A stretch of DNA of 64,000 nt from the NCBI GenBank assembly GCA_001818495.1, contig MHKS01000005.1:180188-244187 (forward strand), in the 5' to 3' direction. Position numbers and translations under genes: made by a program. The stretch is from Candidatus Komeilibacteria bacterium RIFOXYD1_FULL_37_29. GTDB lineage: Bacteria; Patescibacteriota; Patescibacteriia; UBA1558; GWA2-36-10. Position 1 is the first letter of the stretch. Each line of letters starts with the position of its first letter. Below, one piece after another: positions 48,021 to 59,225 of the stretch. The notes beneath the pieces were generated by a model. The model had not been told where the DNA came from, ran no database searches, and was given only the letters and a program-made list of their open reading frames with translations.

Positions 48021-50963
48021 ATGGAAATTGATTTAACCAAGCTTAATCAGAGTCAAAAACAGGCAGTTCTCCATGATCAGGGACCGACTATTTTAATAGC
48101 GGGAGCTGGTACTGGTAAAACCACGGTGATTACTCAACGGATTGCTTATTTGATTGCCCAAAAAAAGGCCAAGCCGGAAGAAATTTTAGCCGTTACTTTT
48201 ACTGAAAAAGCAGCCAATGAAATGGCTGAAAGAGTCGACAAGCTATTGCCCTTGGGTTACAGCGATTTGTGGATTCATACCTTTCATGGTTTTTGTGAAA
48301 AAATCTTAAAAGATTATGCTTTGGAAATTGGTTTATCCAACGATTTCAAGTTATTGGATCCGACAGCGGCCTGGATGTTAGTCAGAGAAAATTTAGAAAA
48401 ATTTGCTTTGGATTATTATGCCCCCTTGGGTAACCCCACCAGATTTATTCATGCTTTACTGAGCCATTTTTCTCGTCTCAAGGACGAAGTTGTTTATCCA
48501 GCCGAATATCTTAAATATGCCGAAGATTTTCATCTGGATAGCGATCAGGCCGGCGACAGAGAAGAAGTGGAGATGGAGATTTCTCGGGTGCGGGAAGTAG
48601 CCAATGCTTATCATATTTATCAACAGTTACTTTTGGAAAGTAATGCTTTGGATTTTGGTGATTTGATCAATTATACTTTAGAGCTTTTCAAAAAACGCCC
48701 CAAAGTAATTAATAAATTTAGAGCGCAGTTTAAGTATATTTTAGTTGATGAATTTCAAGATACCAATTGGGCTCAGTATGAGCTAATAAAAGTATTAGCC
48801 TCGCCAAAAAATAATTTGATGGTCGTCGGTGATGATGATCAGGCGATTTATAAATTTCGTGGGGCAGCTGTTTCCAATATTTTAAATTTCAAAAAAGATT
48901 ATAAAAATCCGACGGAAATATTTTTGAATGACAATTACCGCAGTGGTCAAAAAATATTGGATGTGGCCTACAATTTTATTCAGCAAAATGATCCCGATCG
49001 TTTGGAATATCAATACAAAAAAAAGAAAACGCCATTAAATAAAAAACTTGAAAGTCATATTCAAGACCCAGGGTCACTTGACGTCTTATCTTTTATTGAT
49101 AAAAATTCCGAAATAGATGGTGTTTTGTCAAAAATAGTAGAATTAAAGAAAAAAAATAAAGAAACCCAGTGGTCTGATTTTGCTATTTTAGTCAGAGCCA
49201 ATGATCAGGCCCAGGGCTTTGTGTCGATGATGAGGAAAAAGGGCATTCCCCATCAATTTATGGCCTCCCGCGGCCTTTATGCTCAGGATATTGTCCAAGA
49301 CATTATCGCTTATCTTAAACTATTGGATAATTATCATGAGTCAACGGCTTTTTTTAGGATATTGTCTTTGCCAATTAGCGGTTTAAATATTGAAACTATT
49401 ATAAATTTAAATCATCTAGCTACCAAAAAATCTTGGAGTCTTTATTATACAGCCAAAAATTATCAAGCTCATATTAGTATATTGCCAGTTGATCAGAAGA
49501 AAATAGCTCGGCTAGTCAGTGATATTGATAAGCACACAGCGCTGTCCAAGGAGCAAGCAGTTTCCCAGGTGATTTATACTTGGTTAGAAGATAGCTCTTA
49601 TCTTAATATGCTGACTATAGAGCAAAATCAATATAACAGCGATCAATTGCATTTTTTAAACCAATTTTTTAAAAAAATCAGAAATTGGGAAGAAGAGTCG
49701 ATCGCCGATTCATCAGTCCATAAATTTTTGGAAAATTTGGAAATGGAAATTCAATCCGGAGAAATGGGGGCTCTGCAGTTTGATGCCGAGTCTGGCCCAG
49801 ATGTAGTCAAAGTTATGACTGTACATGGTGCCAAAGGTTTGGAGTTTAAATATGTTTTTATTACCAATTTAGTACATCTTAGATTTCCTTCGGTCGAACG
49901 TCGTGATCCGATTGAAATCCCAGAAAAGCTTATCAAAGAGGAATTGCCCAAAGGAGATGCACATTTACAAGAAGAACGTCGGTTGTTTTATGTAGCCATG
50001 ACGCGCGCTAAAGCCAAGGTTTATCTGACTTGGGCAAAAAATTATGGCGGCGCTAGCTCTAAGAAGCCCTCTCGGTTTATTGACGAGATAAAAATAGCTG
50101 GACAAGAAATCATGTCTTCAGTCAAAGAACCAGACAGAATTGATGCCAAAAAGGTAAAACCCAATTATCCGGTGCCAAAAGTATTTTCTTTTTCACAACT
50201 AAAAGCTTATCAGTCGTGTCCCTGGCAATATTTTTATACTTTCATAGCTAAGATTCCTACCAAAGGCAGTCCGCAGTTTAGTTTTGGTAAAACTATGCAC
50301 TCTACTTTTCAGAAATTTTATCAGCAAATAATCCGTAATTCTGAAATGGGTCAGGGAGATTTATTTTCCAAAAATAAAAAGATTAAAACAGTTAGTGAAA
50401 AAGAATTATTAGAATTTTATGAGGCCTCTTGGATTGACGACTGGTATGAGAGTCAAGAACAAAAGAAAAAGTATCATCAGGATGGCTTGCGTATTTTAAA
50501 AGATTATTACAAGAAATACCTGCCTACCGGACAGGCAGGTCAAAATAATTTTCCAGTACCGTTATTTTTGGAAAAAGGTTTTACTATTAAGATAGGCAAT
50601 TATAGTCTGCGGGGAGTTTTTGATCGGGTAGATGCTGATAGTAGTGGCTGGGAAATCATTGATTATAAAACCGGTCAAGTCAAAGATAAATTGACTTTTG
50701 AAGACAAAAAGCAACTTCTGATTTATCAAATTGCCGCTCAGGAGATATTTAAACAGTCAGTGAAAAATCTTACTTTTTTCTATTTGACCAATAACACGCC
50801 GGTGTCATTTGTTGGTAGTGAAAAAGAAATTGCAAAAACCAAAGAATGGATCAAAGAGACCATTGAAAATATTGTCAGCCATGATTTTACAGCCACTCCT
50901 GGCCATGTTTGTAACAATTGTGACTTTCACTCTATTTGCCCTTATGCTAAATTAAGTAGTTAA
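48021..50963 (+). CDS. UvrD/PcrA-type helicase fused to a C-terminal PD-(D/E)XK nuclease
   Basis: AGAGTGKT, VDEFQD, VGDDDQAIY, TVHGAKGLEF, EERRLFYVAMTRA; SFSQL...CP, DRVD...IIDYKTG, CNNCDFHSIC. Confidence 0.93.
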   Translation: MEIDLTKLNQSQKQAVLHDQGPTILIAGAGTGKTTVITQRIAYLIAQKKAKPEEILAVTFTEKAANEMAERVDKLLPLGYSDLWIHTFHGFCEKILKDYALEIGLSNDFKLLDPTAAWMLVRENLEKFALDYYAPLGNPTRFIHALLSHFSRLKDEVVYPAEYLKYAEDFHLDSDQAGDREEVEMEISRVREVANAYHIYQQLLLESNALDFGDLINYTLELFKKRPKVINKFRAQFKYILVDEFQDTNWAQYELIKVLASPKNNLMVVGDDDQAIYKFRGAAVSNILNFKKDYKNPTEIFLNDNYRSGQKILDVAYNFIQQNDPDRLEYQYKKKKTPLNKKLESHIQDPGSLDVLSFIDKNSEIDGVLSKIVELKKKNKETQWSDFAILVRANDQAQGFVSMMRKKGIPHQFMASRGLYAQDIVQDIIAYLKLLDNYHESTAFFRILSLPISGLNIETIINLNHLATKKSWSLYYTAKNYQAHISILPVDQKKIARLVSDIDKHTALSKEQAVSQVIYTWLEDSSYLNMLTIEQNQYNSDQLHFLNQFFKKIRNWEEESIADSSVHKFLENLEMEIQSGEMGALQFDAESGPDVVKVMTVHGAKGLEFKYVFITNLVHLRFPSVERRDPIEIPEKLIKEELPKGDAHLQEERRLFYVAMTRAKAKVYLTWAKNYGGASSKKPSRFIDEIKIAGQEIMSSVKEPDRIDAKKVKPNYPVPKVFSFSQLKAYQSCPWQYFYTFIAKIPTKGSPQFSFGKTMHSTFQKFYQQIIRNSEMGQGDLFSKNKKIKTVSEKELLEFYEASWIDDWYESQEQKKKYHQDGLRILKDYYKKYLPTGQAGQNNFPVPLFLEKGFTIKIGNYSLRGVFDRVDADSSGWEIIDYKTGQVKDKLTFEDKKQLLIYQIAAQEIFKQSVKNLTFFYLTNNTPVSFVGSEKEIAKTKEWIKETIENIVSHDFTATPGHVCNNCDFHSICPYAKLSS
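50519..50539. repeat. 21-bp palindromic element inserted in frame in the helicase-nuclease gene
   Basis: CCTGCCT-accggac-AGGCAGG, GC-rich in an AT-rich context. Confidence 0.7.
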
Positions 50964-50965
50964 TT

Positions 50966-51262
50966 ATGACTTGGAATAGTTTTAGGGATGTGGCTGGTAA
51001 GGTCGTCAAACAAAAGGGACTAAATAAACAAATTGAAGAATCTTTGGTTTTACAATCAGCCAATCAACTATTAGACAATTTTTTATCAGCCCAAGCTCAA
51101 GAAAAGGTGAGGGCGGTTTATTTTCGAGCCGGAGTTTTAAGTATGGCTGTTTTGGATGATAATTTGTTAAAAAAGTTGCTTAGTGATAAGGATTTGTTTA
51201 TCGCCAGTTTAAATAGTAAATTAGGCAATTCCATTGTTGATAATTTAAATTTTTTAAGCTAA
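50966..51262 (+). CDS. DciA/DUF721 family protein
   Basis: About 98 aa; RAVYFRAGVLSMAV...LNSKLG...V pattern. Confidence 0.65.
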   Translation: MTWNSFRDVAGKVVKQKGLNKQIEESLVLQSANQLLDNFLSAQAQEKVRAVYFRAGVLSMAVLDDNLLKKLLSDKDLFIASLNSKLGNSIVDNLNFLS

Positions 51263-51363
51263 ATTAAGATCAAAATTACTAAGTTCTAATTTAGAGGTTT
51301 ATTCAGCCACATTTGACGCGGCTGGATTGATTTTTCAAGCTTTTTTTAGTATTATTTATACTG

Positions 51364-51762
51364 ATGAGTATCAAAGCCTACAATTTGGTGATGCTACTAG
51401 CCACTTTATTAGCCTGGCTGGGGTTTTCTATAATTATTAGGAGTTTTGACCCCACTGATGGTTCTTGGTTGGTTTATGCTATGTTTTACAGTTTATTATT
51501 TTTGAGTATTTTAGGAACTCTATCTTTACTAGGTTTTTTGATCCGCAGTATATTAGCCAGGAAAAAAGTAAGGCCACGATTAATGGCGGCGGAATCTTTT
51601 CGTCAAGCTATTATTTTTTCCGCTGTTTTGATTGTAGCCTTGATGCTTCAGGCTGGCCGAGTACTTACTTGGTGGAATATGGCCTTATTAATTATTTTAG
51701 CGACAGTCATAGAGTTTGTTATATTAGTATTTCGTCAAAATGATGAGCAGATAAAAAACTAA
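51364..51762 (+). CDS. Four-TM hypothetical membrane protein
   Basis: FDP, SFRQA, LTWWN motifs. Confidence 0.75.
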   Translation: MSIKAYNLVMLLATLLAWLGFSIIIRSFDPTDGSWLVYAMFYSLLFLSILGTLSLLGFLIRSILARKKVRPRLMAAESFRQAIIFSAVLIVALMLQAGRVLTWWNMALLIILATVIEFVILVFRQNDEQIKN

Positions 51763-51766
51763 TTAT

Positions 51767-52774
51767 ATGGAAAAAAAATTACAGGAACTTAAAAAACGAT
51801 TTTTACAGGAGTTAGACGGAGTAAAAGACAGTCGGTTGTTGTTTGATTTGAAAAATAGATATTTGGGTCGTCAAGGAGAATTGACTAAAGTCTTAAAAGA
51901 AGTAAAAAATTTGGCGGCTGAGGAAAAACCAAAGATCGGTAAATTGGCCAATGAAGTTAAAAATGAACTGACAGATGTTTTTTTAAAGACCGAAAGGATT
52001 ATTAACAATAATCAGGGAACGACTTTAGATTTTGATCCGTCTTTGCCTGGAATCAAGGAAACAATTGGCCATCTGCACCCTTCTTCTATTGTTCAGTATG
52101 AAATGGAGGATATTTTTGCTCAAATGGGTTTTGGGGTTTATGATGGTCCGCAAGTAGAATCAGAATATTATAATTTTACAGCTTTAAATACGCCCAATGA
52201 TCATCCAGCTAGGGATAGTCAAGATACTTTTTGGTTGGAGCAGGGGCTTTTACTTAGATCACAAACTTCAAATTTACAGGTTCGTATGTTGGAAAAATAC
52301 GGTGCGCCTTTTCGCGGAGTCTTTCCCGGACGGGTCTTTAGAAATGAAGCAACCGACGCTAGCCATGATCACACTTTTTATCAGTTGGAAGGATTGATGG
52401 TAGATAAAAATATCAACATTGGAAATTTGATTGCAGTCATGAAGTCATTTTTATCAGAATTTTTTAACACCGAAGTTGATGTCAGATTGCGTCCGGGGTT
52501 TTTTCCTTTTGTGGAGCCAGGCTTTGAGCTGGATATAAAATGTCTTATTTGTGATGGCCAGGGCTGTAGTGTTTGTAAACAATCTGGCTGGGTGGAATTG
52601 ATGCCCTGCGGTTTGGTTCATCCAGAAGTAATTAAAGCGGGCGGTCTAGACCCCCAAGAGTATTCGGGTTTTGCCTTTGGTTTGGGATTTACTAGGTTAG
52701 TTATGATGCGTTATAAGATTGATGATATTAGACTGCTCCAGTCTGGAGATTTAAGATTTTTAAAGCAATTTTAA
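51767..52774 (+). CDS. pheS: Phenylalanine--tRNA ligase alpha subunit
   Basis: GHLHP, HPARDSQDTF, FRNE, FPFVEP, GFAFGLG. Confidence 0.97.
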   Translation: MEKKLQELKKRFLQELDGVKDSRLLFDLKNRYLGRQGELTKVLKEVKNLAAEEKPKIGKLANEVKNELTDVFLKTERIINNNQGTTLDFDPSLPGIKETIGHLHPSSIVQYEMEDIFAQMGFGVYDGPQVESEYYNFTALNTPNDHPARDSQDTFWLEQGLLLRSQTSNLQVRMLEKYGAPFRGVFPGRVFRNEATDASHDHTFYQLEGLMVDKNINIGNLIAVMKSFLSEFFNTEVDVRLRPGFFPFVEPGFELDIKCLICDGQGCSVCKQSGWVELMPCGLVHPEVIKAGGLDPQEYSGFAFGLGFTRLVMMRYKIDDIRLLQSGDLRFLKQF

Positions 52775-52777
52775 TTT

Positions 52778-53164
52778 ATGGCTAGTAATTATAAGGGCGT
52801 AATAATTGAAGAAAGTTTAGAAGATACTGGTGTTATAAAAACTATTAAAGTTGTTAGTACTAAGATAGAAAATGTTACAGAAAAACACAGAACACCCTGG
52901 GTAAAAACATGGACAAAATATAATGTGGAGATTTCGGAAGAGCAAGCCGATGATGTTGCGACTATATTGAGTCAATCGCTAGATTCTAAACATGATTGGT
53001 ATGCTGATTTTAAAAATGATACTTTTCATTATATTATATTTAAAAATAGAATATTTAAGATTAATAGATCAAAAAAAGAAGAATACGATGAAGCTACTAA
53101 GTATGGTATTTTCTTGGGAATACCAGATTATCAAGTAAACTTTTCATCATTTATTAAGTTATAA
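52778..53164 (+). CDS. Hypothetical protein between pheS and pheT
   Basis: GVIIEESLED...WYADFKN...YGIFLGIPDYQ. Confidence 0.75.
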   Translation: MASNYKGVIIEESLEDTGVIKTIKVVSTKIENVTEKHRTPWVKTWTKYNVEISEEQADDVATILSQSLDSKHDWYADFKNDTFHYIIFKNRIFKINRSKKEEYDEATKYGIFLGIPDYQVNFSSFIKL

Positions 53165-53178
53165 CTGGAATTAAATCT

Positions 53179-55608
53179 ATGTATTTATCACTTGATTGGG
53201 TAAAAGATTGGATAAAGCTACCGAAAGATTTATCGGCCAAACAATTGGCTTTGGATTTTACTATGGCCATAGTAGAGGTAGAAGAGGTTGTTGATCGGGC
53301 GGCCAATCTACAAGATATAGTAGTCGGCAGAATTAATGAAATAGCCAAACATCCTGATGCGGATAGATTGCAGGTCTGCCAAGTGGATATTGGAGAAAAA
53401 ATAGAGCAAATTGTTTGTGGTGGTATCAATCTTAGTAAGGGGATGCTCGTGGCTGTGGCCAAGCCTGGATCTCGTGTCAAATGGCACGGTGAAGGAGAGC
53501 TGATTACCTTGGCCAAAACCAAAATTCGCGGGGTAGAGTCTAGCGGTATGATTTCTGCTTCTGAAGAAATTGGTTTGGGTTCACTTTTCCCTCAAAAATC
53601 TGATAAAGAAATTTTGGATTTATCAGGCTTTAAAGTAAAAGTTGGCCAGAATTTAGCCGAGGCGCTAGGTTTAAATGATATTATTATTGATATTGATAAT
53701 AAATCTATTAATCATCGTCCAGATTTGTGGGGTCAATATGGCTTAGCTAGAGAATTGGCTGCTATTTATAAATTGAAATTAAAAGAGTATGGCACTTTTG
53801 ATCTCAAGGGGCAAAGTGAAGTCAAACTAAAAGTAACAGTTGAAGATAAAGATAATTGTTTTCGTTATCTTGGTTTGGCTATAAAAAATGTTAAAGTAGA
53901 GGATTCTCCTTGGTGGTTGAAAAAGAGATTGGAAGCGGTGGGCATTAGACCAATCAACAATCTGGTGGATGTGACCAATTATGTGATGTATGAGCTGGGT
54001 CAGCCAATGCATGTTTTTGACGCAAAGCAGATTGAAGATTCGCATATTATAGTAAAGCAAGCTAATAAAGGTGATAAATTTGTTACTTTAGACGGTGAAA
54101 ATAGAAAATTACCAGACGGGTCGCTGATGATCTGTGACAGTAAAAAATACGTAGCTTTAGCCGGTATCATGGGTGGCCAGAATAGTGAAATTGGCACTGA
54201 TACTACAGAAATTATTTTGGAATCAGCCAATTTTAAGGCTACCAACATTAGACGGACAGCTATTGGCGTAGGTTTGCGCAGTGAAAGCTCGGCTCGTTTT
54301 GAAAAATCTTTGGATCCAGTTTTAGCGGAAACAGCTATCAGACGAGCCACACAGCTAGTACTGGAGCTGTGTCCAGAAGCTTATGTCGCTAGTAATTTGG
54401 TGGATGTAGACAACAATCCTTTCAAACCTATTACTTTGGAAGTACCAGAACAATTGATAAATAATCGTTTTGGAGTAACTATACCAACAGCGGAGATAAA
54501 AGATATTCTCCAGCGATTGAAGTTTGATTTAAAATATAAAGCTAAAATTTTTACTATTGGTGTTCCGAGCTTTAGGGCCACTAAAGACATTTCTATTCCC
54601 GAAGATATTGTGGAAGAAGTAGCTAGAATTTATGGTTATGATAATATCAATTTTCAATTGCCCAAAGTAACTATTAGTAGTTTACAGGCCAGCGAAGAAC
54701 ATGCGGCGGCTCGTGATATAAAAACTTGGCTTAGCTTGTCACAAGAGTATTGTGAGGTCTATAATTATCCTTTTACTAATCAATCTTGGGCCAAGAAAAT
54801 AGGTTTGGATTTAAACAATCATTTGAAAGTAAAAAATGCTCTCAGTCCAGAACAAGCTTATCTTAATATTTCTCTTTTGCCCAACCTATTGGCTAGAGCT
54901 GAAGAAAACATCCGTTGGTTTGGTGAATTTAGAATTTATGAGCTAGAAAGAGTTTTTGAAAAAACTAACAAAAGTATTTATCATACCGACAATACCCGCA
55001 AGAAATTTTTACCCAAGCAAGATAAATATTTGGCCGGAGTAGAAGTCAGCAAAAAAAATCCACCAGAATTATTTTTAGCCACCAAGGGTTTGTTGGAAGC
55101 TTTAATGGAACATTTAAACATCGAGGTATCCTTTGAGCCAATCAGGCTGGAATATGGTACAGTAGTTTACAATATTCGGTATCATGATACTGATCTGGGA
55201 TATTTTGGTTTATTAGATAAAAGTTTATTTGATAGTGGAGATGTTAAGGTCAATGTTGCTTTTTGGCAAATAAATTTTACTTTACTGCTCAAGTATATCA
55301 ATAAAGCCAAGAGGTATATTCCCTTGGCCAAATTTCCGGCCGTCTATAGAGATATGGCAGTAGTAGTGGATGCGAATTTGCTTTGGGCTGATTTACAGGC
55401 CGAAGTAACCAAGGTCTCCACACTGATTCGTCATTTGGAACCATTTGATATTTTTTCTGGCACTGGCATTAAAGACGGCAAAAAGTCAGTAGCTTTTCAT
55501 TTGGAGTTTCGCAGCCATGACCGTACTTTACTTACTGAAGACGTCGATAAGCTAATGGAGCAAATTTTAGAGGTTTTGAAGAAAAAATTTAAGGCGATTT
55601 TGCGCTAA
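53179..55608 (+). CDS. pheT: Phenylalanine--tRNA ligase beta subunit
   Basis: HPDADRL, INNLVDVTNY, SARFEK, EDIVEEVARIYGY, C-terminal FDX-ACB. Confidence 0.97.
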   Translation: MYLSLDWVKDWIKLPKDLSAKQLALDFTMAIVEVEEVVDRAANLQDIVVGRINEIAKHPDADRLQVCQVDIGEKIEQIVCGGINLSKGMLVAVAKPGSRVKWHGEGELITLAKTKIRGVESSGMISASEEIGLGSLFPQKSDKEILDLSGFKVKVGQNLAEALGLNDIIIDIDNKSINHRPDLWGQYGLARELAAIYKLKLKEYGTFDLKGQSEVKLKVTVEDKDNCFRYLGLAIKNVKVEDSPWWLKKRLEAVGIRPINNLVDVTNYVMYELGQPMHVFDAKQIEDSHIIVKQANKGDKFVTLDGENRKLPDGSLMICDSKKYVALAGIMGGQNSEIGTDTTEIILESANFKATNIRRTAIGVGLRSESSARFEKSLDPVLAETAIRRATQLVLELCPEAYVASNLVDVDNNPFKPITLEVPEQLINNRFGVTIPTAEIKDILQRLKFDLKYKAKIFTIGVPSFRATKDISIPEDIVEEVARIYGYDNINFQLPKVTISSLQASEEHAAARDIKTWLSLSQEYCEVYNYPFTNQSWAKKIGLDLNNHLKVKNALSPEQAYLNISLLPNLLARAEENIRWFGEFRIYELERVFEKTNKSIYHTDNTRKKFLPKQDKYLAGVEVSKKNPPELFLATKGLLEALMEHLNIEVSFEPIRLEYGTVVYNIRYHDTDLGYFGLLDKSLFDSGDVKVNVAFWQINFTLLLKYINKAKRYIPLAKFPAVYRDMAVVVDANLLWADLQAEVTKVSTLIRHLEPFDIFSGTGIKDGKKSVAFHLEFRSHDRTLLTEDVDKLMEQILEVLKKKFKAILR

Positions 55609-55629
55609 TATTAGATAATTTATAGTTTC

Positions 55630-55659
55630 AAAAACAAGCTGTATTTTGGCTTGTTTTTT
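55630..55659 (+). terminator. Intrinsic terminator
   Basis: AAAAACAAGC-loop-GCTTGTTTTT. Confidence 0.65.
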
Positions 55660-55689
55660 AGTCTGTTTTGTGATAAAATAAGGACATAA

Positions 55690-57753
<2,064 letters not shown>

Positions 57754-57772
57754 ATATTTTTTTATATCTTTT

Positions 57773-57798
57773 AAAAAGCCCTAAATTTAGGGCTTTTT
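57773..57798 (+). terminator. Intrinsic terminator
   Basis: AAAAAGCCCTAAATTTAGGGCTTTTT. Confidence 0.8.
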
Positions 57799-57807
57799 GT
57801 TGTACCC

Positions 57808-57836
57808 TTGCCAAAATATTTTTTTTATGCTATAGT
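57808..57836 (+). promoter_or_regulatory. Promoter for secE-nusG-rplKA
   Basis: TTGCCA-N17-TATAGT with TGn extension. Confidence 0.65.
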
Positions 57837-57891
57837 AATGGCGTAATAAACAGCTTTGGAGCTGTTTTAAAAAACTTTATATTTTGAGCAT

Positions 57892-58074
57892 ATGAATACA
57901 ATCTTAAACTATTTTAAAGGCGTTAGAGAAGAATTATCAAAAATAGTCTGGCCGTCTAAACAAGTAACCATCAATCATACCTTAGTAGTGATTGGTGTTT
58001 CTTTAGCGGTCGCAGTTTTTTTGGGAGTAATTGATTTGGGTCTTAGTAAAGTAGTAGAACAAGTCGTTAAATAA
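57892..58074 (+). CDS. secE: Preprotein translocase SecE
   Basis: ELSKIVWPS, single TM, upstream of nusG. Confidence 0.93.
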   Translation: MNTILNYFKGVREELSKIVWPSKQVTINHTLVVIGVSLAVAVFLGVIDLGLSKVVEQVVK

Positions 58075-58091
58075 TTTAATTATATAAAGCT

Positions 58092-58637
58092 ATGCCAAAG
58101 CAAACCGCACAACAGGGTCGAAGGTGGTATGTATTACATACTTACTCTGGCTATGAAGAAAATGTTTCTCGTAATTTAAAGCAACGTATTGAATCCATGG
58201 ATATGGAGGATAAAATTTTTGATGTTTTGATTCCTACCGAGACCAAGATCAAAATAAAAAATGGCAAAAGAAAAACCGTTAAAGAGAAAATTTTTCCTGG
58301 TTACGTTTTGGTATCAATGATTGTTACTGATGCTTCCTGGTATGTAGTTAGAAATACCCCCAATGTCACTGGTTTTGTGGGCTCTGGCACTACACCAACG
58401 CCGGTTTCTGAGTCAGAAATCAAAGCTTTGATGCAACGCATGGGCACGGAAGAGCCAGAATTTAAAGTAGATATCGAAGTCGGTGAAATGGTTAAAATTG
58501 TTGACGGACCATTTAAGGATCATGAAGGAAAAATTTCCGAAGTTGATGAAGCCCGTGGTAAAGCTAAAGTCTTAGTGTCTATGTTTGGTCGCGAGACACC
58601 GATTGAGTTGGATTTTTTACAGATTAAAAAAGTATAA
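58092..58637 (+). CDS. nusG: Transcription factor NusG
   Basis: WYVLHTYSGYE, FPGYV, DGPF, FGRETP. Confidence 0.97.
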   Translation: MPKQTAQQGRRWYVLHTYSGYEENVSRNLKQRIESMDMEDKIFDVLIPTETKIKIKNGKRKTVKEKIFPGYVLVSMIVTDASWYVVRNTPNVTGFVGSGTTPTPVSESEIKALMQRMGTEEPEFKVDIEVGEMVKIVDGPFKDHEGKISEVDEARGKAKVLVSMFGRETPIELDFLQIKKV

Positions 58638-58647
58638 ATAATTTAGA

Positions 58648-58687
58648 AAAGAGGGAGCTTGGCAAGTCGGTCAAGCGTTTGTACCTC
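58648..58687 (+). promoter_or_regulatory. L1-binding-type mRNA leader, copy 1 (before rplK)
   Basis: GAGGGAG-hairpin-ACCTC; identical to 59166-59205. Confidence 0.75.
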
Positions 58688-58703
58688 ATAAATAATAAAT
58701 AAT

Positions 58704-59129
58704 ATGGCCAAAGAAATAAAACAGATTGTGAAGCTACAACTTCAGGCAGCTAAAGCTACTCCAGCCCCTCCGGTTGGTACAGCTTTAGGACCACATGGTG
58801 TAGATATTCAGTCATTTTGTGTGCAGTTTAATGAAGCTACTAAAGACAGAATGGGTGAAGTAGTGCCCATAGAGTTGACTATCTATGTTGATAGAACTTT
58901 TACTTTTGTGCTCAAGACTGCTCCAGCTTCTGACATGATCAAGAAAAAATTAAATTTACAGAAAGGTTCTAGCAATCCTTTGCAACAAAAAATTGCTACT
59001 TTAACTGATGCTCAGCTGACAGAAATTGCTCAAGCAAAAATGCCCGATTTAAATACCAAAGATATTAATCAGGCCAAAAAAATCATTGCTGGTTCAGCTC
59101 GTCAGATGGGAGTAAGAACAGAAGAATAA
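58704..59129 (+). CDS. rplK: 50S ribosomal protein L11
   Basis: ATPAPPVGTALG, FCVQFN, AKMPDLN. Confidence 0.98.
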   Translation: MAKEIKQIVKLQLQAAKATPAPPVGTALGPHGVDIQSFCVQFNEATKDRMGEVVPIELTIYVDRTFTFVLKTAPASDMIKKKLNLQKGSSNPLQQKIATLTDAQLTEIAQAKMPDLNTKDINQAKKIIAGSARQMGVRTEE

Positions 59130-59165
59130 ATATTTTATTCCTCCAACGCTTTTGCTTTGGAGGAC

Positions 59166-59205
59166 AAAGAGGGAGCTTGGCAAGTCGGTCAAGCGTTTGT
59201 ACCTC
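59166..59205 (+). promoter_or_regulatory. L1-binding-type mRNA leader, copy 2 (before rplA)
   Basis: Exact 40-nt repeat of 58648-58687. Confidence 0.75.
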
Positions 59206-59225
59206 GCAATGCAATAATAAATAAT

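Noticed and set aside
58648-59205. CRISPR array from the 40-nt direct repeat
   Set aside because: Only two copies, separated by the entire rplK gene, and no cas genes.
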